From: Verrucomicrobiota bacterium
Lineage (GTDB): Bacteria; Verrucomicrobiota; Verrucomicrobiia; Limisphaerales; JAIPKD01
Length of the DNA stretch: 64,000 bases
Direction: 5' to 3'
Assembly (NCBI GenBank): GCA_021733835.1
Contig: JAIPKD010000002.1
Location: 16,962 to 80,961 of the forward strand
Shown here one piece after another: positions 1 through 9,829 of the stretch (positions are counted from its first letter, which is position 1; the number at the start of each line of letters is the position of its first letter). Both the position numbers and the translations under genes were made by a program. The notes beneath the pieces are model-generated. The model was not told where the DNA came from, ran no database searches, and saw only the letters and a list, made by a program, of their open reading frames with translations.

Positions 1-90
1 CACGCTATATCCGTTGTGTATGATTCGAGGCGAATCATTATAGGACATCAGCGTACTCATACACTTTTGTAACGGCGTACGACATATCGG

Positions 91-1107
91 CTACGCGCTC
101 AAATGGAACCGGACAACCTTGTCCAGCAGCGGCGTTTTTTTGACATGCGTGAGCCTCTTGCGGGCGCTGCCGGGTTCATCTTTATGATCAATCAAGCCCA
201 TGAACTTGGCAAACCGGTCAATAGAATATATGGCAAAACACAGCCGGATAACTGTCTCCGGATTGCGTGATGGTAAAGGCTCCACTAATTCAACCGCCAT
301 CGGGAATGCCCTGAGGAAACAATCCTGATAAAATTCGATGTTACGCCACTCGTCTCCGTAAAGAGACAGCAAATACAAGGTGAAAAGGAACGAGTGCTGC
401 ATCAAATGGACACCCGATATGGGCATATAATATTCCCAATTATACTTTCTAACGTAAGTTTTTAATATTAGCTGGTACATACCGCCAAGGCCTGACTTTT
501 CCTTTAACTTCCGGTATTTCTTGGTTAAAATAAACTTCCCCTTGTATTTACGGATCAAGCCCGCCAATTGGGCCGTCAAACGAGTGATATGCATATCGAA
601 GAAATCCATCTCCATATTAATTTGTTTGATCTGAGATAGATAATTATAGAGTTCTTCTCCAGAGTAAGCCAAGGCCGTATCACGGCAGAATTGGCGCGGT
701 AGATTGCCCTTTGCCGTCGTCTTTAGGCCCTTTTCGCCTATTGCCTCCGTCAGCATGCCGAACAGCCTCATTATCGGCGCGCTGGTATCCGATACTTCAG
801 GAAATTCGACTAAGTCCGGTGACTCAAAGGGGGAATACAGGAACCGATGCATCTGATCCGATGAGAGCCCGTGGAAATCATCGACCGTTTTTTGTCTTTG
901 CTCCTGCATGTAATGCTCGAAATAAGTCTCGGCTTCTGCCTTTGACATGAACTCTTGCTCCTCAAGCGCCTCGAATATATCCGAGAATAAACCATCGAGC
1001 GGATTGTCGCCTGAACCTTCTTTATTCCGCAGCATACAACAATCCTTATATAGTTTCCCGCTGCCGCAGGGGCAGGGTGCGGTATGTTCTGTATCGTTCG
1101 TACTCAT
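91..1107 (-). CDS. SEC-C motif (zinc-binding) domain protein, otherwise uncharacterised
   Basis: 338-aa ORF. The N-terminal CPCGSGKLYKDCC matches the SecA C-terminal type SEC-C metal-binding motif. I recognise no motif in the rest. Confidence 0.6.
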   Translation of the reverse strand: MSTNDTEHTAPCPCGSGKLYKDCCMLRNKEGSGDNPLDGLFSDIFEALEEQEFMSKAEAETYFEHYMQEQRQKTVDDFHGLSSDQMHRFLYSPFESPDLVEFPEVSDTSAPIMRLFGMLTEAIGEKGLKTTAKGNLPRQFCRDTALAYSGEELYNYLSQIKQINMEMDFFDMHITRLTAQLAGLIRKYKGKFILTKKYRKLKEKSGLGGMYQLILKTYVRKYNWEYYMPISGVHLMQHSFLFTLYLLSLYGDEWRNIEFYQDCFLRAFPMAVELVEPLPSRNPETVIRLCFAIYSIDRFAKFMGLIDHKDEPGSARKRLTHVKKTPLLDKVVRFHLSA

Positions 1108-1528
1108 AACGTTATTCGATTCTCATTATAATCCAATCCTTTCAATACCAACCTATCGAACTTTAATTAAAGACGCAAAAGAGTTCTAGTCACTACCCAC
1201 ACCCGTTTTTTAGCTGTTGAGCTGTTGGAAAAAAACGCTCACAAAGGCGCTAAAGCGCAGAGGATTTTAACCACAGAGGGCATGGAAATGACAGAGTAAA
1301 TACTAACTACGAGTGCGCCAAGAAAGGAGTTTTTGATTACTCATTGCAGCCGCAATTCCAAGACGCATCCCGTTAGGGATGGGGCAATTCGGCAATCTCG
1401 CTGTTACCAGTACTTATCGGCTACGGTTCACGTGTCGTCGGTCGGCATCGGATATAATTATAATTGCTGAAAACTTTGCCTGTGGACTTGCTTCGATTAT
1501 AGATTAATGTTACTTAGAAAAACTGGAT

Positions 1529-1613
1529 GCGCGAGTGGCGGAATTGGCAGACGCGCCAGACTTAGGATCTGGTCTCGAAAGGGGTAGGGGTTCGAGTCCC
1601 CTCTCGCGCACCA
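1529..1613 (+). tRNA. tRNA-Leu (anticodon UAG), CCA encoded
   Basis: Cloverleaf read by hand. Acceptor GCGCGAG/CTCGCGC; anticodon stem CCAGA/TCTGG with loop CTTAGGA (anticodon TAG); long variable arm typical of Leu; T arm AGGGG-TTCGAGT-CCCCT; discriminator A plus CCA. Confidence 0.9.
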
Positions 1614-1688
1614 TTGGACAGGGAGCATATAGCGAGGCGTGGTACCGCATGTGGGATACGGCGGTGGCGTGAACTCAACGCAGCAATG

Positions 1689-2888
1689 TTACTTGTCGGG
1701 TTTTACGGCCTTTGCGGCGGCGCCGTCCATTTCGAAAAGGAGGTCGGACCTGCATACGTCTGCATGTATTTTGATAGCGGGTATCCGGTCAAGATCGCGT
1801 GCTTTAATAATCTTTTCCAAAGCGGCCGCATCGTTGGGGCGCTTGATAAAGAGCGTAGCCGAGCAGATATCGCTGAACACCTTACCGGTATCGTTTAAGA
1901 GGCAATCTACGTTATCGAATGTACGCTGAACCTGGCCTTCAAAATCACCTATGCAGATAGTGCGACCGGATTCATCGATCGATGCTGTGCCTGAAAGGAG
2001 GAGCTGATGCGTCCACGCATTCTTAACCGAGGCGCCGCGCGAGAATGCGCTGCCGTACAAGAATGCGTCCTTCTGTTTTTCGTTGGATAATTGATTGATA
2101 AGCATGCAATCGGAGGATTCGGGGATGATAGCGAGGAGGTCCATCACGCAGGCCGAGCGCGCGAGGTTTTTGCCTTGGATACCCGTGCTGGCGGGGAGGT
2201 GGATGCGCCGGTGTTCGATACCGGTGTTTTCACTGTTCATTAAACCGAACTCGTTATAAGCGCGGTTCCTGGCGATGTTAAACTCGTTGTACCAGTCCAG
2301 GATGTCGTCTATATATATCCATGTTCTGACGACATTCCGATAATCGGCGTTGTATTCTTTGAGGATGTCGAACGCATTATGAAACATCCTTGAAGCCTGG
2401 GCGGCGCGGTCGTTATTTTTGAGGGATACGCCGATTTTACCATGAATATCCTGCAGCCATATATATCGCGCACACGGTGTATTGAATTGAACTCCGTATT
2501 CTTTGTTCTTGTAAGTAATCGTCGAGAGATTATCCGGGAAGGATTTGTTAACGGCCATTAATTGTATGCCGGCCAGGCCCGTACCATGGAGCGGCGCGCC
2601 TTCGACAAACGTAATCGGTGGTTTATATTGTAGGGAGAGGTTGTTATATGCATGCCGTCGCGATTCTTCCACTTGCTTGCACGCGTCGATCTTGCCGTAC
2701 ACGCGTTCCTGAATTGGAATCCAATTTGTTCCTAGGAAGTCTTTAATGACGCAATATGCTTCGCTGGATTGGTATTTGCTGGATTGGGGGGTGTTTTCGA
2801 ACGCAATGGTGACGAACAGCTGCTGGTCTGAAATGTTTATCGCCCAGCCCGTTAAAGTTTCACTTCTGTGTACTTCCGTCTTCTTCAT
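1689..2888 (-). CDS. Tandem RidA/YjgF-like domain protein, possibly an FkbO/Hyg5/XanB2-type chorismatase
   Basis: 399-aa ORF with two RidA-like segments (RTWIYIDDILDWYNEFN...PASTGIQG and LLLSGTASIDESGRTI...ATLFIKRPND). This architecture resembles chorismatases. The function is not proven. Confidence 0.5.
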   Translation of the reverse strand: MKKTEVHRSETLTGWAINISDQQLFVTIAFENTPQSSKYQSSEAYCVIKDFLGTNWIPIQERVYGKIDACKQVEESRRHAYNNLSLQYKPPITFVEGAPLHGTGLAGIQLMAVNKSFPDNLSTITYKNKEYGVQFNTPCARYIWLQDIHGKIGVSLKNNDRAAQASRMFHNAFDILKEYNADYRNVVRTWIYIDDILDWYNEFNIARNRAYNEFGLMNSENTGIEHRRIHLPASTGIQGKNLARSACVMDLLAIIPESSDCMLINQLSNEKQKDAFLYGSAFSRGASVKNAWTHQLLLSGTASIDESGRTICIGDFEGQVQRTFDNVDCLLNDTGKVFSDICSATLFIKRPNDAAALEKIIKARDLDRIPAIKIHADVCRSDLLFEMDGAAAKAVKPDK

Positions 2889-2945
2889 CGAATAACCGGA
2901 TTTTGCGTGAAGGACGATTCGACGTCAAAGGAATTCCCAATGGCG

Positions 2946-4505
2946 CTATTGTGGATGAGGCAAGACGTCGCGGTATTCACCGGCGGGTTGATCGGATTTC
3001 GAGGGGGGCTCGGAATCGGATCGGGGTTTGAGGATACGTTCCGGGTTGAAAACAGCCTTAAAAAGCCTTTGTTGTGTTACTTTAATCGGTTCCGCGGCCA
3101 ACTCCGGCACGTTGTATGTCTTTGGAAAGTATTTATAGAATTCGGGATTCTCTTGTGGGATGACGAACGGCTTGGACGCCTTGCCGGCGGCGTCTATGTG
3201 GGTTATGAACGGACGTGAAAGGAGTCCGTCCAGTCTCTTGCTGCTGAAGACCAGCCATTTGCCGTTGCTGCTCCAGGAATGATACGACTCGCAATGCGGG
3301 CTGTTAGCTGTGTCCAGAGGCTTGTACTCGCGGTTTGTCATGTTCATTAAATACAACTCGCTCTTCGGTTGTGTAACCGGCCAACTGCCATAGGGAATCA
3401 TGCAAAAAACCATGAATTTGCCGTCGGGCGATACCTTCGGCTGTGCGATGCTGAACCCCGTGAGCGGTGCAAAAAATATTTCCGGCTCTTTAAATGCGCC
3501 GGTGACGGGATCGAACGCCGCGCGCATGAGGTTGTACTCGGCCTGATCGTATTCCTCGACCGGTGTTTTGGTGGCGCGGCAGAAATATATATAACGTCCG
3601 TCAGGCGACCACTCGGGCCATGTCTCCAATAGATCGGGCTTGTTTAGTTGTGGCGGTGCCGTGGTGATATTCTGATCCGGCTGGTAGATTTTAAGATCAC
3701 CCTTGAAGTCAAAGACGTCCAAGGTGTATCCGACCGAGTGCATTATAATGGCAAAGAAATTGACCGAATAGGCAAGATACTCGCCGCTTGGATGCCAGGA
3801 AAGGAGGCCGGCCGGTTGGTCAACGTGATAAACGGCGCCGTCTCTGACCATAAGCATCGGTTTGCCGACCGATGAATTACGGATGTGCAACGCCATGGTG
3901 TCGGTGTTTTTATTCAAAAATGTATGGCAATTAAGACAAGTAGCCGCTGCGTCCTTTCGCTCGCGGACGCGTAGCACGGTATCTTCGTCGAATGAAGAGA
4001 CATTTCGTTGGTATATGCCCATAGTCCCACTCGAATATTTCGAAAACTGCCAATTGAGCAGGCGATAAAACAGGTAATCGTCGATCTTATCTTGCGCTAT
4101 ACGATTGGTTAAAGTGCAATAATTGCTCCAACCGCCGCTGGTGGAGAGCGATTTTATATCGATGAGGAGGCTGTTGCCTTTGTTGCGCGCAAGTAGTTCC
4201 GACCACTCGTCTTCGGGAATCTGAATGCGGGGTGAGCGGCTCCTGATATGAATTCCGGCTCCATCCTGGGAGCTGATATCGACGGAATACGCATCGGCGC
4301 TATCGAGGATAAGGAAATTCAGCGGCGCTATGTTTGGAGGAATAGTGATGCCGCTATAGTCGGGGTAAATGCGTTGTTCATCGGCCGTAATAGTATTCCG
4401 TGTCTCCGCCGAAGAAGGGATGCACATAAATGTAAATGAAGTAACAACCAGTAATATGTAGTATAAATAATTCATCATGCGCCGTAGATAAATAATATAA
4501 CTCAT
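2946..4505 (-). CDS. Secreted PD40/TolB-like beta-propeller protein with a single CXXCH heme-binding motif
   Basis: 519-aa ORF with an N-terminal hydrophobic signal. PD40-type repeats are present (WSPDGRYIYF, VSPDGKFMVF, WSSNGKWLVFSSKR). CLNCH lies at nt 3924-3938. Its ATGA start/stop overlaps the upstream gene. Confidence 0.6.
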   Translation of the reverse strand: MSYIIYLRRMMNYLYYILLVVTSFTFMCIPSSAETRNTITADEQRIYPDYSGITIPPNIAPLNFLILDSADAYSVDISSQDGAGIHIRSRSPRIQIPEDEWSELLARNKGNSLLIDIKSLSTSGGWSNYCTLTNRIAQDKIDDYLFYRLLNWQFSKYSSGTMGIYQRNVSSFDEDTVLRVRERKDAAATCLNCHTFLNKNTDTMALHIRNSSVGKPMLMVRDGAVYHVDQPAGLLSWHPSGEYLAYSVNFFAIIMHSVGYTLDVFDFKGDLKIYQPDQNITTAPPQLNKPDLLETWPEWSPDGRYIYFCRATKTPVEEYDQAEYNLMRAAFDPVTGAFKEPEIFFAPLTGFSIAQPKVSPDGKFMVFCMIPYGSWPVTQPKSELYLMNMTNREYKPLDTANSPHCESYHSWSSNGKWLVFSSKRLDGLLSRPFITHIDAAGKASKPFVIPQENPEFYKYFPKTYNVPELAAEPIKVTQQRLFKAVFNPERILKPRSDSEPPSKSDQPAGEYRDVLPHPQ

Positions 4506-6427
4506 GGGGTACTGCCGAACATGTAAAAGTAAAAGTAAGTGTCGCCGAATTTGGAAGCCAAACCGGCGGCCGCTTTTTCGAGATCGCCCCTGTAACTCAT
4601 GAATTTATTATGGAATTCAGTGAACCTTGATTCGGTTGTTTTACTTATATTGTACTGTTCCAGGCTTACTCCGTCTCTCATTTTTTGTAAAAGCAACATT
4701 GCTTCTGCAACATGCGCCGGTAACCCATCGTATTCGAGGGTGTCAAACATGAAGAGATGATTGTAAATACTGCCGAGGTCGCGTTTTATCAAATAATGGA
4801 GGATAAGATATTCAAAGGCCATTTTGTTGCCGGAGTTTGCGTCCAGACACTGATCGAGGATGGCTTCGTTTTCATAGTTGCCGACGTAATCGGTTTTTAT
4901 CCTGAGCGCGTGAATTCTCTCCAGCTCCGGGAAATCGTTGATAGACTTATTATTCGATATCAGCGTCGAGTATTCCGATGTCCAAGCGTCATTGAATAAG
5001 GTCTTGGAAAGGATGTTCATAAATTGCCGGGCGGTGTTAAACTCATGTTTTAGGATATTAATCAATACTAGTTTCTTTAGAATATCCGCAGTATATCCGT
5101 TGAGCTCCATCGCCTCGGATGCCATTCGTTCGGCTTTATTGATTTGGCCCATTTCGAATAACAGACCGCTTATTTTTAATGCGCGGTCTATTGGGATACC
5201 CTCCCGGAATCCAAGCCAGAGTTGATATTTATTATAAAGTGGATATTTGAATGCGGTGAAAAGGAGCGTGTCCCGGTGGTAAAGCGCATGTATGACATCC
5301 GTATAAGTGGCGGGATCGAACGAGTCTAAAGCATCGGCGGAGTCTAAAACATTATCCCACTGCTCCGTTCGTGCGTAGTGTGTTACTTCAGCCAAACGCT
5401 TATGTTGGAAATCAAACATAAAGAACAGGAGGATGACGAGCGCGGAGAATATGTAATACTTTAGCAATGGCGGCTTAATAAAAGAACGTGAAAATAGATG
5501 ATATTTCCGGCGTAGTGTGCTTATAATGGAATATCGCCGAAGTAAATAAGATACGAGAAGAAATACGGGTATAAAAAGGTAAAGGCCCAGCGAAATGTAC
5601 TCATATCGTTCAAAATGGTAGAAAGGGATGAGTCCGGTATAGGCGTCGTGTATATGCATTGCGTAATAGTATTCTTTAGCCATCAGCGGTATGATAATCG
5701 AAGCACACAAGAATACAGTGAAGACCATGTAGTTGCGTTTAATAAGTAACTCGTATAATCCGCAAATCGCGACGAAAAGAAAGATATTGCCCGCGGCGAT
5801 AAAATAAAGAATCAGTAATAAAATTAAGAAAGTTATTATTCTTAGGATCATGTTTTCAAAATTGATCGACAAATAAAGAGCTGAAAAGGCGAGTGCGGAG
5901 AGGAGTGTGACTAACGTAATCATGAGAGGATATGAATATGAGTCCTGGGCTACCGCAAGGAAGTAGGCCGGAATGAGTGCCGCAAACGAATGCCAGTTAC
6001 CGGTGAATTTGCGGAGGATGAAGAGAGCGCATGCACAGACAGCAAATGTCAAAAACGTGATAACGAAGGCGCCGATCCATTGGAATTGAAGGAATTGATT
6101 GAGAAACGCCGCCAGATATTCAAGTATTCCACCGGGAAGGTTTAAAAAGTCACTGAAAAACCAATATGTGGTCAGGAATTCCGGGTTAATGGTTGAATAC
6201 CGGAGAGCAGGATTAACAATGAACAGGATGAAAAGAAAGTAGATAATAAAGCAGCATCCCCAAAACGCGGACGTCCAGGGCCGCGGCAGCAATAATGTAT
6301 TATCAAGGGATTGCTCGAATTGTAATAAGCGATTTGTTGCCTTGCCGTGTCGACTCGTGCTTCCGACTTTATCACGCCGCCGGCCGGCATTATTGATGTT
6401 CAAATTGGATTTCTTGAGATTACCCAT
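4502..6427 (-). CDS. Large polytopic membrane protein with a C-terminal helical (TPR-like) soluble domain; possibly DUF6057-like
   Basis: 641-aa ORF with roughly 10 hydrophobic segments in residues 50-340, followed by a helical soluble region. No catalytic motif recognised. The DUF6057 family assignment is from memory only. Confidence 0.55.
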   Translation of the reverse strand: MGNLKKSNLNINNAGRRRDKVGSTSRHGKATNRLLQFEQSLDNTLLLPRPWTSAFWGCCFIIYFLFILFIVNPALRYSTINPEFLTTYWFFSDFLNLPGGILEYLAAFLNQFLQFQWIGAFVITFLTFAVCACALFILRKFTGNWHSFAALIPAYFLAVAQDSYSYPLMITLVTLLSALAFSALYLSINFENMILRIITFLILLLILYFIAAGNIFLFVAICGLYELLIKRNYMVFTVFLCASIIIPLMAKEYYYAMHIHDAYTGLIPFYHFERYEYISLGLYLFIPVFLLVSYLLRRYSIISTLRRKYHLFSRSFIKPPLLKYYIFSALVILLFFMFDFQHKRLAEVTHYARTEQWDNVLDSADALDSFDPATYTDVIHALYHRDTLLFTAFKYPLYNKYQLWLGFREGIPIDRALKISGLLFEMGQINKAERMASEAMELNGYTADILKKLVLINILKHEFNTARQFMNILSKTLFNDAWTSEYSTLISNNKSINDFPELERIHALRIKTDYVGNYENEAILDQCLDANSGNKMAFEYLILHYLIKRDLGSIYNHLFMFDTLEYDGLPAHVAEAMLLLQKMRDGVSLEQYNISKTTESRFTEFHNKFMSYRGDLEKAAAGLASKFGDTYFYFYMFGSTP

Positions 6428-6547
6428 CGCAATTTCACAAAATGATCACAAATAATTAGCACTTACGGAGGAGATGTACAAGAAAGAACGTCTGCACGAA
6501 TCGAGTGTGGAGGGGCATTCGATTAGAATCTTGGAAAAAACACCGGA

Positions 6548-6586
6548 ATAGGATAAGATTAGGATAAGAACGGATAATTGGATTAC
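6548..6586. repeat. Short 'word' tandem repeat (ggataag-type units)
   Basis: ataggataagattaggataagaacggataattggatta: imperfect 7-10 nt units. It is the same style as the other intergenic word repeats in this window. Confidence 0.4.
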
Positions 6587-6818
6587 AACGTCAAACGAGG
6601 GCCTTTATTCGAGCGGTGGTTCGATGGATGCGGATCAAGCCGAAATACGGATGGCGGTGAGGTTGAATGACCGGATCGGGATGACTGTAACATTTTCGGT
6701 GTGAACGTGAAGAAACGCTTAACATCTGTGAGGATTGTCTGGTAATATTATATTCAACAGCGGGATCGAGGCCCCGATTGTGTTAAGATAAGCGTGAGAT
6801 TGAAACGGTTTTGGAACA

Positions 6819-7952
6819 TTGAACAAATACACACCAACGCATTTAGAAGAGTCGCTCCAGAGGGATCTGGAGGGAATCCGCCTGAAATTGATCGAGATGG
6901 CGGACAGGGATGTCGAAGCGCTCCGAAACGCCTTGAGGGCGTTGCTCGAGAATAACAGGATGCTTGCATTCTCGGTGATCCTCCGCGACAAATTTATCGA
7001 CGAGTTGGAAACGGAGTTGGATCACTTGTGCCTGCGCTTCTTTGTAAGGCAACAGCCGGTGGCGGGGCATTTGAGATTCGTATTTGCGACTATCAAGATC
7101 ATTAAAGAACTCGAGCGCATCGGGGATTATGCCGAGAGCGTGGCGCGGCAGGTGTTGAAAGTGGCGAAGCTCGAGCCCAAGCCGTCTTATGATAAATTCA
7201 TCCAGATAGCCGACCTTTCCGTGCCGATGCTTCAGGACGCGATAAAGGCGTTTATCGATAACGACCCGCAACTGGCGCGTAAAACGATGAAGACCGAGCT
7301 TGCGGCCGACAGGGTACGAACCGAGATCAATAATTACCTGTACAGTCTCAGGCAGAACGAGGAGTTGCCGTTGGATGCGCTAACCCCGCTCATAACCGTG
7401 GCGCGGAGGTTTGAGCGTGTCGCGGATCAGGCAAAAAATATTTGTGAAGAAGTTTTCTATGTTGCCACAGGCGAGTATGTCAAACATAGGCAGCCGGAAA
7501 AGATGCGGATACTGTTCGTCGACAAGACAAATTCCTGCCTGAGCCAAATGGCCGAAGGCCTGGGTAAATCCCTCGGCAAACCGCGGCTTATCTTCGAAAG
7601 CGCCGGAATTCAGCCGCAGTCCATGGATTTGCAGACCGTGGGTTTCCTTGCTGAAAAAGGTATCGATATTGCTCGACAAGGGCCAAAATCGATCGAACAA
7701 ATCGAGGACTTAACCGGTATCCATGTTCTGATCGCGCTATGCGATGAGGCCAAGAAGATAGCACCCCAATCACCAACGAAAACGGTTGTTATGGAATGGA
7801 GCATTTCCGACCCGGTTCCGGATAAAGGCACGCCCGAGGAGATGCGCAATGCTTATGAAACGGCGTACGAAAATTTGAAGAACCACATACAGGATTTAGC
7901 CGACGCTATATTGGAAGATAAACCAAAAGGAGATAGAAGTTATGAAGACTGA
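6819..7952 (+). CDS. phoU: PhoU-family regulator fused to a C-terminal ArsC/LMW-PTP-like domain with a degenerate P-loop
   Basis: 377-aa ORF with a TTG start. It has two PhoU repeats (ELERIGDYAESVARQV; FERVADQAKNICEEVFY). From about residue 229 comes a low-molecular-weight phosphatase/ArsC-like domain (ILFVDKTNSCLSQMAEGL...SAGI...GIDI...SISDP). It lies first in the pst operon and overlaps pstS by 11 nt. Confidence 0.75.
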   Translation: MNKYTPTHLEESLQRDLEGIRLKLIEMADRDVEALRNALRALLENNRMLAFSVILRDKFIDELETELDHLCLRFFVRQQPVAGHLRFVFATIKIIKELERIGDYAESVARQVLKVAKLEPKPSYDKFIQIADLSVPMLQDAIKAFIDNDPQLARKTMKTELAADRVRTEINNYLYSLRQNEELPLDALTPLITVARRFERVADQAKNICEEVFYVATGEYVKHRQPEKMRILFVDKTNSCLSQMAEGLGKSLGKPRLIFESAGIQPQSMDLQTVGFLAEKGIDIARQGPKSIEQIEDLTGIHVLIALCDEAKKIAPQSPTKTVVMEWSISDPVPDKGTPEEMRNAYETAYENLKNHIQDLADAILEDKPKGDRSYED

Positions 7953-8919
7953 TAAGATGAATTTAAGATGGAAGCTTGCGATAGGCGCCTGCCTGGTCGC
8001 AGGATTATGCCTGGTAATAACCGGCTGCGGACGGAAAGGCGATGGTACCTCCTCAACAGGCGGTAAGAATACTATCCAAAACACCGGATCGGATACGATG
8101 GTGAATATCGCCCAGGCATGGGCCGAGGCTTACGACGAGGTCAAACCGTCCGTGTCGATCGAAGTAGCGGGCGGCGGCAGCGGCACCGGGGTCGCCGCGA
8201 TGATCAATGGTACCGTTGACATAGCCAACTGCAGTCGCGAGATGACACAGGAGGAGATCGACCAGGCCGAGAAAAATACGGGTAAGACACCGAAGAAACA
8301 TATCGTTGCCTATGACGGCGTAGCCATATTCGTGCATAAGAACAATCCGATGAACGAGATTACGTTCAAGCAATTGGCCGAAATCTACGGCGAAAGCGGC
8401 AAAATAGATAACTGGTCGCAGCTGGACGTACAACTCCCGAGTGGTGCGTCCGATGAGATCGTGCGCGTCGGCAGGCAGAACAGCTCAGGTACCTTTTACT
8501 ATTTCCGCGAAGAGGTCTTGGGCGAAAGACGCGATTTTAAGCTCGGCTCCAGAGACTTGAACGGCTCGAAGGAGGTCGTCGAATTAATAAGCAGGACGCC
8601 CGGCGCGATCGGTTACAGTGGTATGGGGTATGATACCGAAGAGGTGAAGATGCTTCATGTGGCAGAGGCCGAAGGCGAAGAGGCCACGGAACCGACCGTC
8701 GAGAACGTAATCTCAGGGCATTATCCGTTGTCGCGACCGCTGTACATGTACTCCCTCGGCGAGCCTACGGGCGAGGTAAAGGCATACCTGGATTGGGTGC
8801 ATACCCCGAAAGCGCAATTGATCGTCCGTGAATGCGGCTATGTCCCCATGCCGAGTATCACCAATGTAACCGAAGAAACCCCGGATTTATCAACAAGCTC
8901 AACCAATTCAGCTCAGTAA
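7942..8919 (+). CDS. pstS: Phosphate ABC transporter substrate-binding lipoprotein PstS
   Basis: Lipobox LVITGC; GSDTMVNIAQAWAEAY and GGGSGTG motifs typical of the PstS family; operon context with pstCAB. Confidence 0.9.
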   Translation: MKTDKMNLRWKLAIGACLVAGLCLVITGCGRKGDGTSSTGGKNTIQNTGSDTMVNIAQAWAEAYDEVKPSVSIEVAGGGSGTGVAAMINGTVDIANCSREMTQEEIDQAEKNTGKTPKKHIVAYDGVAIFVHKNNPMNEITFKQLAEIYGESGKIDNWSQLDVQLPSGASDEIVRVGRQNSSGTFYYFREEVLGERRDFKLGSRDLNGSKEVVELISRTPGAIGYSGMGYDTEEVKMLHVAEAEGEEATEPTVENVISGHYPLSRPLYMYSLGEPTGEVKAYLDWVHTPKAQLIVRECGYVPMPSITNVTEETPDLSTSSTNSAQ

Positions 8920-9810
8920 ATGGGTAGAGGACGACTGGAAATAATCGCCGAATCACTCATCGAATGGGTGATTCGGCTCTGTGGCATAAGCGCCATAATC
9001 TTTATTTTTGCTATCTTCTTATTTGTGTTCAAGGAAGGCGCGGAATTCCTTTTCAATGAACTGGACTTAACCGAGTTCTTCTTCAGCAAGGAATGGTATC
9101 CCACGTCCGGATACAACAAAAGGTATGGTGTGCTGGCGCTGATCGTAGGAACAGGGAGCGTAACCATCCTGGCCATGCTGATCGCCGTGCCGTTCGGTCT
9201 GGGCGCCGCCGTTTTCATTTCCGAGTTCTGCGGGCCTCGATTGAAGGAGTCCTTGAAAATCCTTATCGAATTACTCGCCGCAATCCCGTCGGTCGTGTGG
9301 GGGTTTATCGGATTGACGGTGATAAACCAGTTGATCATTCATGTGTTTAATGCGCCGGTCGGACTCAATATACTCAACGGCGGTATAATCCTTGCCCTGA
9401 TGAGTGTGCCGATAATTGTGTCAATCGGCGAAGACGCACTCAAGGCGGTGCCGGATTCGTATCGTGAAGCGGCGGTTGCAATGGGCGCGACACGCTGGCA
9501 ATTGATCCGACGCGTCCTTTTGCCGGCGGCCAAGAACGGTCTGCTCGCCGCGGCGCTGCTGGGCGTCGGCAGGGCGGTCGGTGAAACGATGGCCGTCCTG
9601 ATGGCGACCGGGCACTCGGTGAATATGCCGAATAGCGTTCTGGACTCCGTGCGCACACTCACCGCCACGATCGCCGCCGAGCTGGGCGAGGCGCCCGTGA
9701 ATTCCGATCATTACCAGGTATTGTTCATTATCGGGCTTTTACTTTTTTCTATCACATTTGTGGTTAACATGACAGCCGACCTTATCGTTCGAGGGGTAAG
9801 GAAGAAGTGA
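8920..9810 (+). CDS. pstC: Phosphate ABC transporter permease PstC
   Basis: 296 aa with multiple TM segments. EAA-like permease loop (GEDALKAVPDSYREAAVAMGATRWQ). Its start directly abuts the pstS stop. Confidence 0.9.
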   Translation: MGRGRLEIIAESLIEWVIRLCGISAIIFIFAIFLFVFKEGAEFLFNELDLTEFFFSKEWYPTSGYNKRYGVLALIVGTGSVTILAMLIAVPFGLGAAVFISEFCGPRLKESLKILIELLAAIPSVVWGFIGLTVINQLIIHVFNAPVGLNILNGGIILALMSVPIIVSIGEDALKAVPDSYREAAVAMGATRWQLIRRVLLPAAKNGLLAAALLGVGRAVGETMAVLMATGHSVNMPNSVLDSVRTLTATIAAELGEAPVNSDHYQVLFIIGLLLFSITFVVNMTADLIVRGVRKK

Positions 9811-9829
9811 GGCGGCTTATAGAACAGTC

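Noticed and set aside
1108-1528. tRNA-Leu-adjacent integration site or genomic-island boundary
   Set aside because: There is no integrase nearby, and I could find no duplicated copy of the tRNA 3' end elsewhere in the window. The region only shows short words (gctgttgag, ccgttagggatg) shared with 21.0-21.5 kb.
6600-6818. Pho box upstream of the phoU-like/pst operon
   Set aside because: I found no convincing pair of CTGTCAT-like 7-mers at 11-bp spacing. ctgtaacattttcggtgtgaac is too degenerate, and the PhoB consensus may not apply in this lineage.
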